Origin: Candidatus Woesearchaeota archaeon
GTDB lineage: Archaea > Nanobdellota > Nanobdellia > Woesearchaeales > GW2011-AR9
Direction: 5' to 3'
DNA: 64,000 nt
Assembly (NCBI GenBank): GCA_016181265.1
Contig: JACOZP010000007.1
Span: 6,560 to 70,559 of the forward strand
Shown here: piece after piece, positions 26,535-35,713 of the stretch
Layout: the number at the start of each line of letters is the position of its first letter
Numbering within the stretch: position 1 is the stretch's first letter
The notes under the pieces: model-generated
Databases searched by the model: none
What the model was told of the DNA's origin: nothing
The model's input: the letters and a program-made list of their open reading frames with translations, nothing else
Made by a program: the position numbers and the translations under genes

Positions 26535-28094
26535 ATGAGAAGAAAATTAGTGATCATGGATCTAGATGATACGTTAATTGACACGTGGGGCTGCATCACC
26601 CCGCATCTTATCAGACAGGCAATCCGAGAGATGGTTAACGAAGGATTGAAGATAGACTCTGTTGAGACAGCAATCAAAAGATTGACTGAGATTAACAATT
26701 ACTCCAAAACAGGAGAAGAAGCAATTGCGCGCTTCCTCGAAGAATTAAAAACAGATCAGAAGTATCTCGAAATAGGAAAGAGGGGGTTCTACAATTTCAA
26801 TTTTGAATATGAGATCAGGACTCTTCCGGGATTCGAAGAGATGTTTACAAAGACTGACGCAGAATTCGCATTAGTCTCGAAAGGCGACCCACAAGCACAG
26901 ATGGAAAAAATGAAAAAAGCAGGGATAAATCCCGCCCTGTTTCAGAAAATACACATCGTATCAAAATACAATAAGAAAGAATATTATAAAGAAATAATGG
27001 AGGAGCTTGGCTTCAACAGAGAAAATTGTTTCGTCTGTGGCGATCGCTACGAAACAGATCTTTTGCCCGCGAAAGAATTGGGGATAAAGACGATTTATGT
27101 CCAGTGGGGGAGGGGGAAAATCTATCCACCAAATTGCCAAGATGTCAATTATAGCATAACAGATCTTAAAGAGATTGTTGCGATTGTCGACGGAGAGCAA
27201 TTAAAAGAAGAGATAGTGATTTTACAAAATAATAGCATCCAAGTTAAAATCTACCGAGGAGACATCATCAGCATTCTCTACGATAATACTGAATTCATGC
27301 ATGGAGGGAGTAAGCCAAAATTAATACAAACAGCAGAAGACCAAAAAGGATGGAACAAGTCAGAGATTATCATGTTTCCTGTAATTGGCCCACTTGAGAA
27401 ATACCATGTAGTAGTCAACAATCAAATTATCCCCCAAGACCAACACGGTTTAGCCCGCTACATCCCTTTTGAGATCATTGAATCTCAAAAAGACCGTCTA
27501 CATTTAAAACAAAATCATTCTGCCGACCAACTGGTCCAAAATATTAAATTCTCGTCGGATAAAACACGACCCCCTCTTCTGTCCTGGCCTTTTTCTTATG
27601 TCATCGAAAAAGAAATTTATCTAAATGAGAATAAAATAAGAGTCGATTTTACCATTAAGAATTATTCCCAGGATAAAATGCCATTCATGTTCGGCTGGCA
27701 TCCAGCGTTTAAAACATTGGGCGATAAAAATAGAGGAATTTTTCATATTAATAATGAAAAATACCCCCTCTCCTCAGTAATTAAAGCATCGCAAGAAAAT
27801 ATCGCGATGTTGATCGAGAATGCCCATGTTATCACCTACATCAACGAAGAAACAAAGCAAGGGATTACCATCAGTAGCGCAGAATTCCCAAAGACAATGT
27901 TGTGGTGTCCAGACGATAATTCTCCAATGTTCTGTATCGAACCAGTTACAAAACACCCCGCCCCAAAAGAGAGTCAATACTACTTCAATAAAACGGATCA
28001 AGGATATGGAGAGGGAATAGAATACCTCGCAGGTGGTGAGAGTAAGCGATACTCCATAATCCTTAGCCCTCTAAAAGAAATCAGCGGACGATAA
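26535..28094 (+). CDS. fusion protein: HAD-superfamily phosphatase + aldose-1-epimerase (mutarotase)-like domain
   Basis: 519 aa. The N-terminal part has IMDLDDTLIDT (DxDxT) and GDRYETD. The C-terminal roughly 300 aa carry FGWHPAF and a beta-sandwich-like composition. Confidence 0.6.
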   Translation: MRRKLVIMDLDDTLIDTWGCITPHLIRQAIREMVNEGLKIDSVETAIKRLTEINNYSKTGEEAIARFLEELKTDQKYLEIGKRGFYNFNFEYEIRTLPGFEEMFTKTDAEFALVSKGDPQAQMEKMKKAGINPALFQKIHIVSKYNKKEYYKEIMEELGFNRENCFVCGDRYETDLLPAKELGIKTIYVQWGRGKIYPPNCQDVNYSITDLKEIVAIVDGEQLKEEIVILQNNSIQVKIYRGDIISILYDNTEFMHGGSKPKLIQTAEDQKGWNKSEIIMFPVIGPLEKYHVVVNNQIIPQDQHGLARYIPFEIIESQKDRLHLKQNHSADQLVQNIKFSSDKTRPPLLSWPFSYVIEKEIYLNENKIRVDFTIKNYSQDKMPFMFGWHPAFKTLGDKNRGIFHINNEKYPLSSVIKASQENIAMLIENAHVITYINEETKQGITISSAEFPKTMLWCPDDNSPMFCIEPVTKHPAPKESQYYFNKTDQGYGEGIEYLAGGESKRYSIILSPLKEISGR

Positions 28095-28425
28095 GATCAT
28101 CGTCTTGGATATATTCCAAACCGTAATTTAATGCTAAGTATGCTTTCTGGAGTTCGCTGCCCATATTAGCAGCGTGTTCTAAAAGGGAGATTAGACCCTC
28201 GCGAATAAGAGTATAATAGATTTCCTCAGGATGGTTGCCGATGATGATCTTTCTGATCTTATGATCATTACCACAGAAAGCAACTTCAATTTTCTGTATT
28301 TCTCTATTCACTCGGACTAGAAAGTAACCGACCTTATCTTGGACCCAAGCATGTTTCTTAGCTTCAATAATTTCAACATTATCCGGAAGATCAATATTCC
28401 ACCATTTTCCTTTGATTTGTCCCAT
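28081..28425 (-). CDS. DUF4346-like small protein (uncertain)
   Basis: The track ORF begins at GTG 28494, inside repeat copy 2. The ATG at 28425 leaves the repeat intergenic. GYFLVRVNREIQKIEVAF..EHAANMGSELQKA resembles DUF4346; this is from memory only. Confidence 0.4.
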   Translation of the reverse strand: MGQIKGKWWNIDLPDNVEIIEAKKHAWVQDKVGYFLVRVNREIQKIEVAFCGNDHKIRKIIIGNHPEEIYYTLIREGLISLLEHAANMGSELQKAYLALNYGLEYIQDDDLIVR

Positions 28426-28471
28426 CAAAAGACTTGACCATCGAAGATTATAAAAATCTTTCCACTGATCT

Positions 28472-28617
28472 GCCCTATAAGAAAAGCCAGCCACCAGACT
28501 AAAAATTTGCGTGAGAACAACAACATATCCTAGTCGCTGGTGCTTCTTAGATTTAATCCAAGTAGCTGGAGAAGCACGAACACAACGGTCAGGTGATTTT
28601 TCGCTATTTTCTACAGA
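28472..28617 (+). repeat. structured intergenic repeat, short copy
   Basis: It aligns end to end with 56736-56886 and with the outer parts of 16258-16571. Confidence 0.75.
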
Positions 28618-28725
28618 TCAAGATTCTCGAAATAAGATTCTGCTTAAGAGAGACACTAACCAAGATTTCATAACATTTATATAACAACAAAAACAAAAAA
28701 CTCAGAACATGGGAGGCTGCTGTAA

Positions 28726-29592
28726 ATGGAAACAAAAAACGAAAGAGGGAAGTTAATAATTAATTTTACGCCAAATGGGATGATTCCGACTAAAGAGATG
28801 ACACCTTTCGTTCCCATCTCCCCAGAAGAAATCGCCAACGATGTTCTTAAAGCCGCAGAACTGGGTGCATCAATCGTCCATCTTCATGCTCGCGAACCTG
28901 ATGGTACACCATCAACTAAAAAAGAAATTTTCGCCGAGATCATTCGCCGTATTCGAGCAAAAAATAAAGAAATCATCATCGGAGTTACAACCAGCGGGAG
29001 AAACATCAATACTTTTGAAGCAAGATCAGAAGTCTTGGATCTAGATGGCGATGTTAAGCCAGATATGGGAAGCCTCACGCTAAGTTCATTAAACTTTAAC
29101 AAGAGCGCAAGCGTAAATTCCCCAGAAGTGATCCAGAAACTCGCAACAAAAATGTTGGAGAGAGGGATAAAACCAGAATTAGAGGCCTTTGATATTGGTA
29201 TGATTAATTATGCAAAATATCTTATTACCAAAGAGATTATTAAACCGCCATTTTATTTCAACCTCCTCTTTGGAAATATCGCCTGTGCCCAAGCCGACCT
29301 CATCAACGCTGGTCTTATGATTCGGGAATTACCAGAGAGCTCAACCTGGGCTTTTGCAGGTATTGGGGATCATCAATTAAAGATGAATACACTAGGAATA
29401 ATTTGGGAAGGCAATGTAAGGGTCGGACTAGAAGATAATATTTATTTTGATAACCCTAAAAGGACTCAACTAGCAACGAATATTCAACTTGTAGAAAGGA
29501 TAGCAAAGTTAGCTAAAGCATATGGCCGGGAGATTGCCACACCCCGTGAAGTCAGGAAAATTCTCGGTCTAAGAGCGCCCGAAGAGATTTAG
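28726..29592 (+). CDS. BKACE family enzyme (3-keto-5-aminohexanoate cleavage enzyme-like, DUF849)
   Basis: 288 aa with GGAGG 8-13 nt upstream. NFTPNGMIPTK..SPEEIA..GASIVHLHAR is the family N-terminal signature. Confidence 0.7.
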   Translation: METKNERGKLIINFTPNGMIPTKEMTPFVPISPEEIANDVLKAAELGASIVHLHAREPDGTPSTKKEIFAEIIRRIRAKNKEIIIGVTTSGRNINTFEARSEVLDLDGDVKPDMGSLTLSSLNFNKSASVNSPEVIQKLATKMLERGIKPELEAFDIGMINYAKYLITKEIIKPPFYFNLLFGNIACAQADLINAGLMIRELPESSTWAFAGIGDHQLKMNTLGIIWEGNVRVGLEDNIYFDNPKRTQLATNIQLVERIAKLAKAYGREIATPREVRKILGLRAPEEI

Positions 29593-29629
29593 GTTTTTTA
29601 GATTCAGGTTAGAACAAGAGAACGAAAGT

Positions 29630-30763
29630 ATGATCCCACTCGCCAAACCCCATATCGATGAAAAAGATATAGATTACGTTATCCAAGCTCTAAGATCAGG
29701 CACCCTCAGTTTGGGACCTTTTCTCCAAAAGTTCGAAGAAAACTTCGCAAAAAAGATTGGTGTAAGATATGCTGTTGCTGTCAATTCTGGAACATCCGGA
29801 CTACACCTAGCGATACGGGCGCTAGGAATCACGAAAAATGATGAAGTTATCACCTCTCCATTTTCATTTATTGCCTCTGCAAACTGTATTCTCTATGAGA
29901 ATGCCACACCAGTATTCGTCGATGTTGAAGAAGAAACTTATAATATTGACCCAGAAAAGATTGAAACAAAAATTACTGCAAAGACAAAGGCGTTGCTGAT
30001 CCCGCATATCTTCGGGCAAAGCGCTAATATGACTCAAATCATGAATATTGCCCACAAATATCATCTTCCTGTCATCGAAGATGCCTGTGAATCGATCTTA
30101 GCAACCCACCACGGAAAAAACACGGGAACATTTGGAGATATCGCAGTCTTCGCTTTCTATCCAAATAAACAGATGACAACTGGAGAAGGAGGCATTATCG
30201 TCACAAACAATGAACGTCTTTACAAATACTGTAAAAGTGCAGCAAACCAAGGGCGAAGCGATGCACTGCAATGGCTAAGCCACGATAAATTAGGATATAA
30301 TTATCGGATGGACGAAATGAGCGCCGCTTTAGGACTCTCTCAACTAGAGAAAATCGACTTTCTTATATCAAAACGGCAAGAACTGGCCGAGATTTATTCT
30401 AAAAATTTAGTTAATCTTCCAGAAGTGAAAACAGTACGGGTCAACCAGATAAATCATTCTAGTTGGTTTGTTTATTCGATCCGCGTCGACGAACAGCAAA
30501 GAGACAAACTTATTGAAATGCTTATCGAAAAAAAAGTTCAATCAAAAGCTTATTTCTTCCCTTGCATCCATGTACAACCGTTCTACCAAAAACAGTTCGG
30601 ATATCAAGTTGGGGAATTTCCTGTGGCAGAAAAATTAAGCAGAGAAACTCTTGTCCTGCCTTTTTATCCTGATCTCTCAGAAAGAGAGGTCCTGTTGATT
30701 ATAAAGATCCTCAACGATTCATTAAGAGAATTAAAAAGAGAAAGAGAGCAAACAAAACCATGA
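29630..30763 (+). CDS. DegT/DnrJ/EryC1 sugar aminotransferase (PseC/PglE-like)
   Basis: 377 aa. Motifs AVNSGTSGLHLA, IEDACES and FAFYPNKQMTTGEGG (PLP lysine) are present. Confidence 0.85.
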   Translation: MIPLAKPHIDEKDIDYVIQALRSGTLSLGPFLQKFEENFAKKIGVRYAVAVNSGTSGLHLAIRALGITKNDEVITSPFSFIASANCILYENATPVFVDVEEETYNIDPEKIETKITAKTKALLIPHIFGQSANMTQIMNIAHKYHLPVIEDACESILATHHGKNTGTFGDIAVFAFYPNKQMTTGEGGIIVTNNERLYKYCKSAANQGRSDALQWLSHDKLGYNYRMDEMSAALGLSQLEKIDFLISKRQELAEIYSKNLVNLPEVKTVRVNQINHSSWFVYSIRVDEQQRDKLIEMLIEKKVQSKAYFFPCIHVQPFYQKQFGYQVGEFPVAEKLSRETLVLPFYPDLSEREVLLIIKILNDSLRELKREREQTKP

Positions 30764-31788
30764 GAGACGACCTGTTTGTAAAAACATTTAAAGGGAAAGA
30801 TATCCTCATCACTGGCGGCTGTGGATCAATCGGCAGCGAAATTGTGAAACAACTGATCCAATTCCAACCGCGAAGAATTCGCGTTTTCGATAACAACGAA
30901 TCGGGTCTATTTGAATTACAACAGAAGTTGCAATCCCCTTTAATACGAACGTTAGTAGGAGATATTAGGGATAAAGAGCGATTACGATTTGCAGTTAGGG
31001 GTGTAGACATCGTGTTTCATGCTGCAGCACTAAAGCATGTTCCTCTCTGTGAGTACAACCCATTCGAAGCAGTAAAAACGAACGTCATTGGGACACAAAA
31101 CCTAATAGAAACCTGTCGCGAAAATTTAGTAGAAAAATTCATTGCAATTAGTACAGATAAAGCAGTAAACCCGATTAACACGATGGGTGCGACAAAATTA
31201 TTATCAGAAAAATTAGTGATGACCGCCAATATTGGAATTAATTGTAAAACTAAATTTTCCTGTGTCCGCTTTGGAAACGTCTTAAACTCTATTGGATCAG
31301 TAATTCCTATCTTCAAGCAGCAAATCAAAAGAGGCGGGCCGGTGACAATAACTGATGAGAACATGGTCCGCTTCTTTATGTCTATGTCAGAAGCAGTAAA
31401 TCTAGTACTCGAAGCCGCCACACTCTCTAAAGGAGGAGACATCTTCATCCTCAAAATGAAAAGATTAAAAATCACTGACCTTGCCGATGTTGTTATTAAA
31501 AAGATGGCCCATAAATACGGGCACGACCCGCGGAGTATTAAAATAAAAATCACAGGAATACGCCCAGGAGAAAAGCTAGAAGAACAACTGATTACAGAAG
31601 AAGAGTTTAGTCAGCTGATTAACGTAAAGAAAATGTGGATCATTCGCCCACATCGTATACTCCCCTATGCCCATAAGTACTATGAAAAGATGCCATTAAA
31701 ATTTGGATCAAAGGAGATTAATGAAGAAGTAATTCTTGACAAGAAGGAATTAGAAACACTCTTGGAGAAGTACGATCCTCAGATTTAA
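30760..31788 (+). CDS. UDP-GlcNAc 4,6-dehydratase family (CapD/PseB/FnlA-CapE type)
   Basis: 342 aa with an ATGA overlap. Motifs ILITGGCGSIGSE and STDKAVNPINTMGATK are present; Met replaces the usual Tyr of YxxxK, as I recall for CapE/FnlA. Confidence 0.75.
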   Translation: MRDDLFVKTFKGKDILITGGCGSIGSEIVKQLIQFQPRRIRVFDNNESGLFELQQKLQSPLIRTLVGDIRDKERLRFAVRGVDIVFHAAALKHVPLCEYNPFEAVKTNVIGTQNLIETCRENLVEKFIAISTDKAVNPINTMGATKLLSEKLVMTANIGINCKTKFSCVRFGNVLNSIGSVIPIFKQQIKRGGPVTITDENMVRFFMSMSEAVNLVLEAATLSKGGDIFILKMKRLKITDLADVVIKKMAHKYGHDPRSIKIKITGIRPGEKLEEQLITEEEFSQLINVKKMWIIRPHRILPYAHKYYEKMPLKFGSKEINEEVILDKKELETLLEKYDPQI

Positions 31789-33554
31789 ATGCTATTATTT
31801 TGAACATCACAAGCATAAATAGCTCCAACTAACTGTCCTTTAGAAAAGAATTCCCGTTCTAAGCGACAGTGCTTAACAATCTGCCAAGCGTGGCTTTCTT
31901 CTGGAATAGGCGGCCAATTAACAAGCAGAATAGTCCCCCCTCTCCGCTGAATACTACGCAATGTCACTTCACTAACATCGTCTCCTTCCTCAGTTTCGTA
32001 ATCCGGGATTCCCAAAACATTACCATCTGGCTTCTTACTCTCCGCCCAATGCTGATGATTAAAATACCACATCATCCCCGAATCCGTAGTATAAATAGGG
32101 TAAGCTAGTTTCTCATTAAAAACATAATTAATCATCTCTTCTTTCACAGTGCTGACATCCACTCCCGTTGGATGAACTACATATTCTGTAACAAGAAAAA
32201 GATTAAATGCTATCGAAACCGCCAGAAAAGTGACAAAAAGGTAAGTTCCTTCGCTCTTAATCGCCCTTCTCTTCCAAGAGGACCACCAGTTTAAAATAAT
32301 ATATAAGAATAAAGAACTATACGCAATTAAAAACACAAGTAATAATATCGTGAAGTTAATCCCGAAAGTTGGGCCGGAAGCAGAGGTGTATGAAAACAGG
32401 AAGTGGCTATTGCCTTTCTGTAATTCTTGAAAATAGATATTAGGAAGACGAGGGATGTATTTAAAAGGAATAGAATTCAGAAGAAAAAAGAAAAAAAGAG
32501 AAAAAAATGTCAAAGTAACACCATACCACTTTTCCGTTCGAGAAAAGGAAAGAGAAGAGAGAAAAATTCCACCGAGAATTGCCATGGCGGGAATTGTGTT
32601 CATAAAATATCTATCCAGAGAACCTGAAGTCATAAAAAAAGTATAAAAGAGAATAGCAACAGTAATCCATAAAATAAGCAATAACTCTCTTTTATTTCTT
32701 CTTTGAATCAAATGGAAAAAAGAGAGAAAATAAAATCCTAAGAGAAGGGGAGTTGCCCAGAGAGCAAACATAATAATCCCCAGTAGAGAAACACCATAAA
32801 GAGCAATTTCCTTAGCTTGGTAAGCATTTTCAAACCCATTATACCATGAGAATAAAGGAGTATAATTCAGCCAATCACCTGAGGAAGCAACAAAAGCTAA
32901 GCCTAAATGAGTAATAAAAAGAACAAAACCGACCCCATACAATAAGAAGAGATCTTCAAAGACCGCTTTTATATCTCCCCTCTTTAAAATTAAAGAATGA
33001 AGCGTGATGGCCCCGACAATATAGACAGCATTATATTTGAGAATAACCGCCAATCCTAAACTAAGCCCCCCAACTATTCTCCAGATATTTTTCTTCTTAT
33101 TGTTTTCTGCTTTTTCTGCCTCTACATAAGAAAACATCAACAGCAGAAAAGAGAATAAAACAAAATTTCCTTCAACATCAAGCTGAAGCGAAGCTAGGGT
33201 TGGATAAAAGCCGATGAGCATTAAGATTGTGGCGAAAAACGCTTCTCTTCTCCCAAAATTACGAGCCGTGAAAAGATAAACTAAAAAAGTATTGACTACC
33301 CCAAAAAAGAGAGGGATTAATCTAAAGACCCAAACCTCTAATCCAAATAGAAAGATAAGCGGCTTGAAGAGGAGATTAAAAGGTTGCGGTGAAGGAAAGT
33401 CGTGGTTAAAACCGAGAGCATCCATTACTGTTAGCGAATAAGCAAAATTCGCTTCATCATCGTAGAGAGCCTCGTTGATATTCATAAAACGAATTACAAA
33501 GATGAGCAGCGTAAAGAGAATTAAAAGAAGAAGTCGTCTATTTATGGTCATCAT
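31785..33554 (-). CDS. ArnT/PMT-like GT-C glycosyltransferase
   Basis: The ATG ATG at 33554/33551 overlaps the end of the upstream gene (GATGATGACCATAAATAG). The protein has about 14 TM helices, an early loop YDDEANFAY, and a C-terminal soluble domain. Confidence 0.6.
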   Translation of the reverse strand: MMTINRRLLLLILFTLLIFVIRFMNINEALYDDEANFAYSLTVMDALGFNHDFPSPQPFNLLFKPLIFLFGLEVWVFRLIPLFFGVVNTFLVYLFTARNFGRREAFFATILMLIGFYPTLASLQLDVEGNFVLFSFLLLMFSYVEAEKAENNKKKNIWRIVGGLSLGLAVILKYNAVYIVGAITLHSLILKRGDIKAVFEDLFLLYGVGFVLFITHLGLAFVASSGDWLNYTPLFSWYNGFENAYQAKEIALYGVSLLGIIMFALWATPLLLGFYFLSFFHLIQRRNKRELLLILWITVAILFYTFFMTSGSLDRYFMNTIPAMAILGGIFLSSLSFSRTEKWYGVTLTFFSLFFFFLLNSIPFKYIPRLPNIYFQELQKGNSHFLFSYTSASGPTFGINFTILLLVFLIAYSSLFLYIILNWWSSWKRRAIKSEGTYLFVTFLAVSIAFNLFLVTEYVVHPTGVDVSTVKEEMINYVFNEKLAYPIYTTDSGMMWYFNHQHWAESKKPDGNVLGIPDYETEEGDDVSEVTLRSIQRRGGTILLVNWPPIPEESHAWQIVKHCRLEREFFSKGQLVGAIYACDVQNNSI

Positions 33555-35592
33555 CAGAACCTTTATCATGGATGTTTTTAACTTTAATAACAGATGTTCC
33601 AAGATGATACGATTCAATATCTTCCGATGAAGCAAGAAATTTTTCCGTCAAGCGATCTCCTCTTCTTGGAGAAATAATAATTTTCTCTCGATGAGGATAC
33701 AATCTCTCGGCAACATCACCCATTTTAAGTAGATGTCCTGAATTAACAATGTATCGACCTGGTTTCGCCATCATCGTATACAAAATTAATCCTGCCGCTT
33801 CATCGAGGGAGATAAAATGCCGCTGACAGGTGGGCGCAACTCTAATGGGCTCGTTTTCCGGCAAGCTTCTCCATATCTCAAAAACATTGCCGCTACTCTC
33901 CACAACATTGAAATAACGTGCAACACTACCCCCAGAATTAAGCGTCATCCTTTCGGCAATCAGTTTGGAGGCGCCATAGACTATTTCGGGGTTCGCAGAC
34001 TTACAGGTTGACGCGAGAATGATCCGACAATCTTTGGGTGCGCAATCAATTAAATTTTTAGTACCGATGGTATTTATAGATAATGTTTTCCACGTTTCAT
34101 GTTCTCCCTCGGGAGCATGTTTAGCACCTGCAATATTAACAATAATCGTTGGATGATACTTATTCACAACCGCAAAAACATTGTTAAAATCAGTGACATT
34201 CATATACGTATGATTTCCTTCAATATCTGTTGACAAAAAATCAATCTTTGCATCTTGAGACAGTATATTGAACCCCTGTAATCGTTTTAGTAAAGAGGTA
34301 CCAATACTACCATTGGCACCCGTAATCAGAATTCTTTCATTTTTTAATGAGTTGATGTCCAATAACACTAATTCATTATATTCTTTTCGTCCTAACACCA
34401 GTTCCACTTTTTCTTTGTCCATGATTTTAACTCTCCCATTTAGTCTTGATATTTTATTCTGTTCAGAAGCATCATCCCGATAAGAAAAATATGGATTATC
34501 AGGAAGATATTTTTCAAAAAAATCTCTTATCGCCCTAACAACATATTGACGATCGTCTTCTGTTAAATAAGGTCCGATTGGCAACGAGAGTATGGTAGTC
34601 GCAATTCTTTCGGCGACAGGGAAAGATTCCTGTTCATATTCTTTATAAGCGGCTTGTTTGTGAATCGGAATAGGGTAGTAGGCTACACTTTCAATTCTTC
34701 TGTCTGCAAGATATTTCTGAAAATAGTCTCTCTGCTTAACAAGTATGCTATATTGATGGTAAACATGACCGTCATTTTTTGTTGGTAGAGTGATTTCTGA
34801 CAATTCTCGTAGCGAAGAATCATAGAAAAGAGCGTTGTGCACACGTTGCAAATTGAACGCTGTTAGTTTTCGCAGTTGCTCCAGTCCGATAGCCGCGGCA
34901 ACATCAGTCATTCGATAGTTATAACCTATAAAGTCATGGTTATATTTTTTAGAAGAACCATGACTAATCAGTAAGCGTATCCTTGCAGCAATTATATCAT
35001 CATTCGTCGTAACCATCCCACCTTCACTTGTTGTCATATTTTTAGTCGGATAAAATGAGAAACAGCCGATTCCGAAAGAGCCAACTTTTCGTCTTTTATA
35101 CTCCGCCCCATGGGCTTGACAAGCATCTTCCACAACCAAGAGATTATATTTCTTAGCGATGTCCATAATTTTTCCCATCTCTGCCGGAAGCCCAAACAGG
35201 TGTACCGGGAGGATCGCCTTTGTTCGTGGCGTTATAGCACGTTCGATCAACAAGGGATCGATGTTAAATGTCCTCTCGTCAATATCAACGAATACCGGTG
35301 TTGCCCCGCACATCTTTATTGCATTCGCTGTGGCAATAAAAGAAAAAGCGGTTGTAATTACTTCGTCACCATGACCAATACCCAAACCTAATAAAGCGGC
35401 ATGCAGCGCAGTCGTCCCATTTGATGTCGCAATGGCATGCTTAACACCAATAAATTCTGCAAACGCTTCTTCAAACGCTGCCACTATCTTTCCCTGCGCC
35501 AGCATTCCTGAAGATAGAACTTCTATAACTGCCTTTTTTTCCTCTTCACCGATCAATGGCTTTGCTATTGGAATTATTTGGGAAATCATCAT
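33538..35592 (-). CDS. fusion protein: DegT-type sugar aminotransferase + CapD/PglF-like SDR dehydratase domain
   Basis: 684 aa. The N-terminal roughly 380 aa carry SNGTTALH, VEDACQAHGA and FSFYPTKNMTTSEGG. The C-terminal roughly 280 aa carry ILITGANGSIGTS, NIAGAKH and VYGASKLIAE (YxxxK). Confidence 0.75.
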   Translation of the reverse strand: MMISQIIPIAKPLIGEEEKKAVIEVLSSGMLAQGKIVAAFEEAFAEFIGVKHAIATSNGTTALHAALLGLGIGHGDEVITTAFSFIATANAIKMCGATPVFVDIDERTFNIDPLLIERAITPRTKAILPVHLFGLPAEMGKIMDIAKKYNLLVVEDACQAHGAEYKRRKVGSFGIGCFSFYPTKNMTTSEGGMVTTNDDIIAARIRLLISHGSSKKYNHDFIGYNYRMTDVAAAIGLEQLRKLTAFNLQRVHNALFYDSSLRELSEITLPTKNDGHVYHQYSILVKQRDYFQKYLADRRIESVAYYPIPIHKQAAYKEYEQESFPVAERIATTILSLPIGPYLTEDDRQYVVRAIRDFFEKYLPDNPYFSYRDDASEQNKISRLNGRVKIMDKEKVELVLGRKEYNELVLLDINSLKNERILITGANGSIGTSLLKRLQGFNILSQDAKIDFLSTDIEGNHTYMNVTDFNNVFAVVNKYHPTIIVNIAGAKHAPEGEHETWKTLSINTIGTKNLIDCAPKDCRIILASTCKSANPEIVYGASKLIAERMTLNSGGSVARYFNVVESSGNVFEIWRSLPENEPIRVAPTCQRHFISLDEAAGLILYTMMAKPGRYIVNSGHLLKMGDVAERLYPHREKIIISPRRGDRLTEKFLASSEDIESYHLGTSVIKVKNIHDKGSDDDHK

Positions 35593-35713
35593 AGAAATAG
35601 TCTAAAATCAATTTATAAATGTTCAGGAACTAAAGCTTACTCTCATTCAAAAACACCATCCCATTGAAAAACACCCTTTACAAATAAAGAGAATCTGAAT
35701 TTGCCCATTGACA

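Noticed and set aside
28709-28756. 15-codon upstream ORF (MGGCCKWKQKTKEGS) overlapping the BKACE start.
   Set aside because: Its GGAGG is better explained as the Shine-Dalgarno sequence of the 28726 start. There is no supporting evidence for translation.
32455-32530. A/G-rich low-complexity run (GAAGAAAAAAGAAAAAAAGAGAAAAAAATG).
   Set aside because: It is the reverse complement of a Phe/Leu/Ser-rich TM segment (FFSLFFFFLL) of the GT-C gene 31785-33554. It is not a regulatory repeat.
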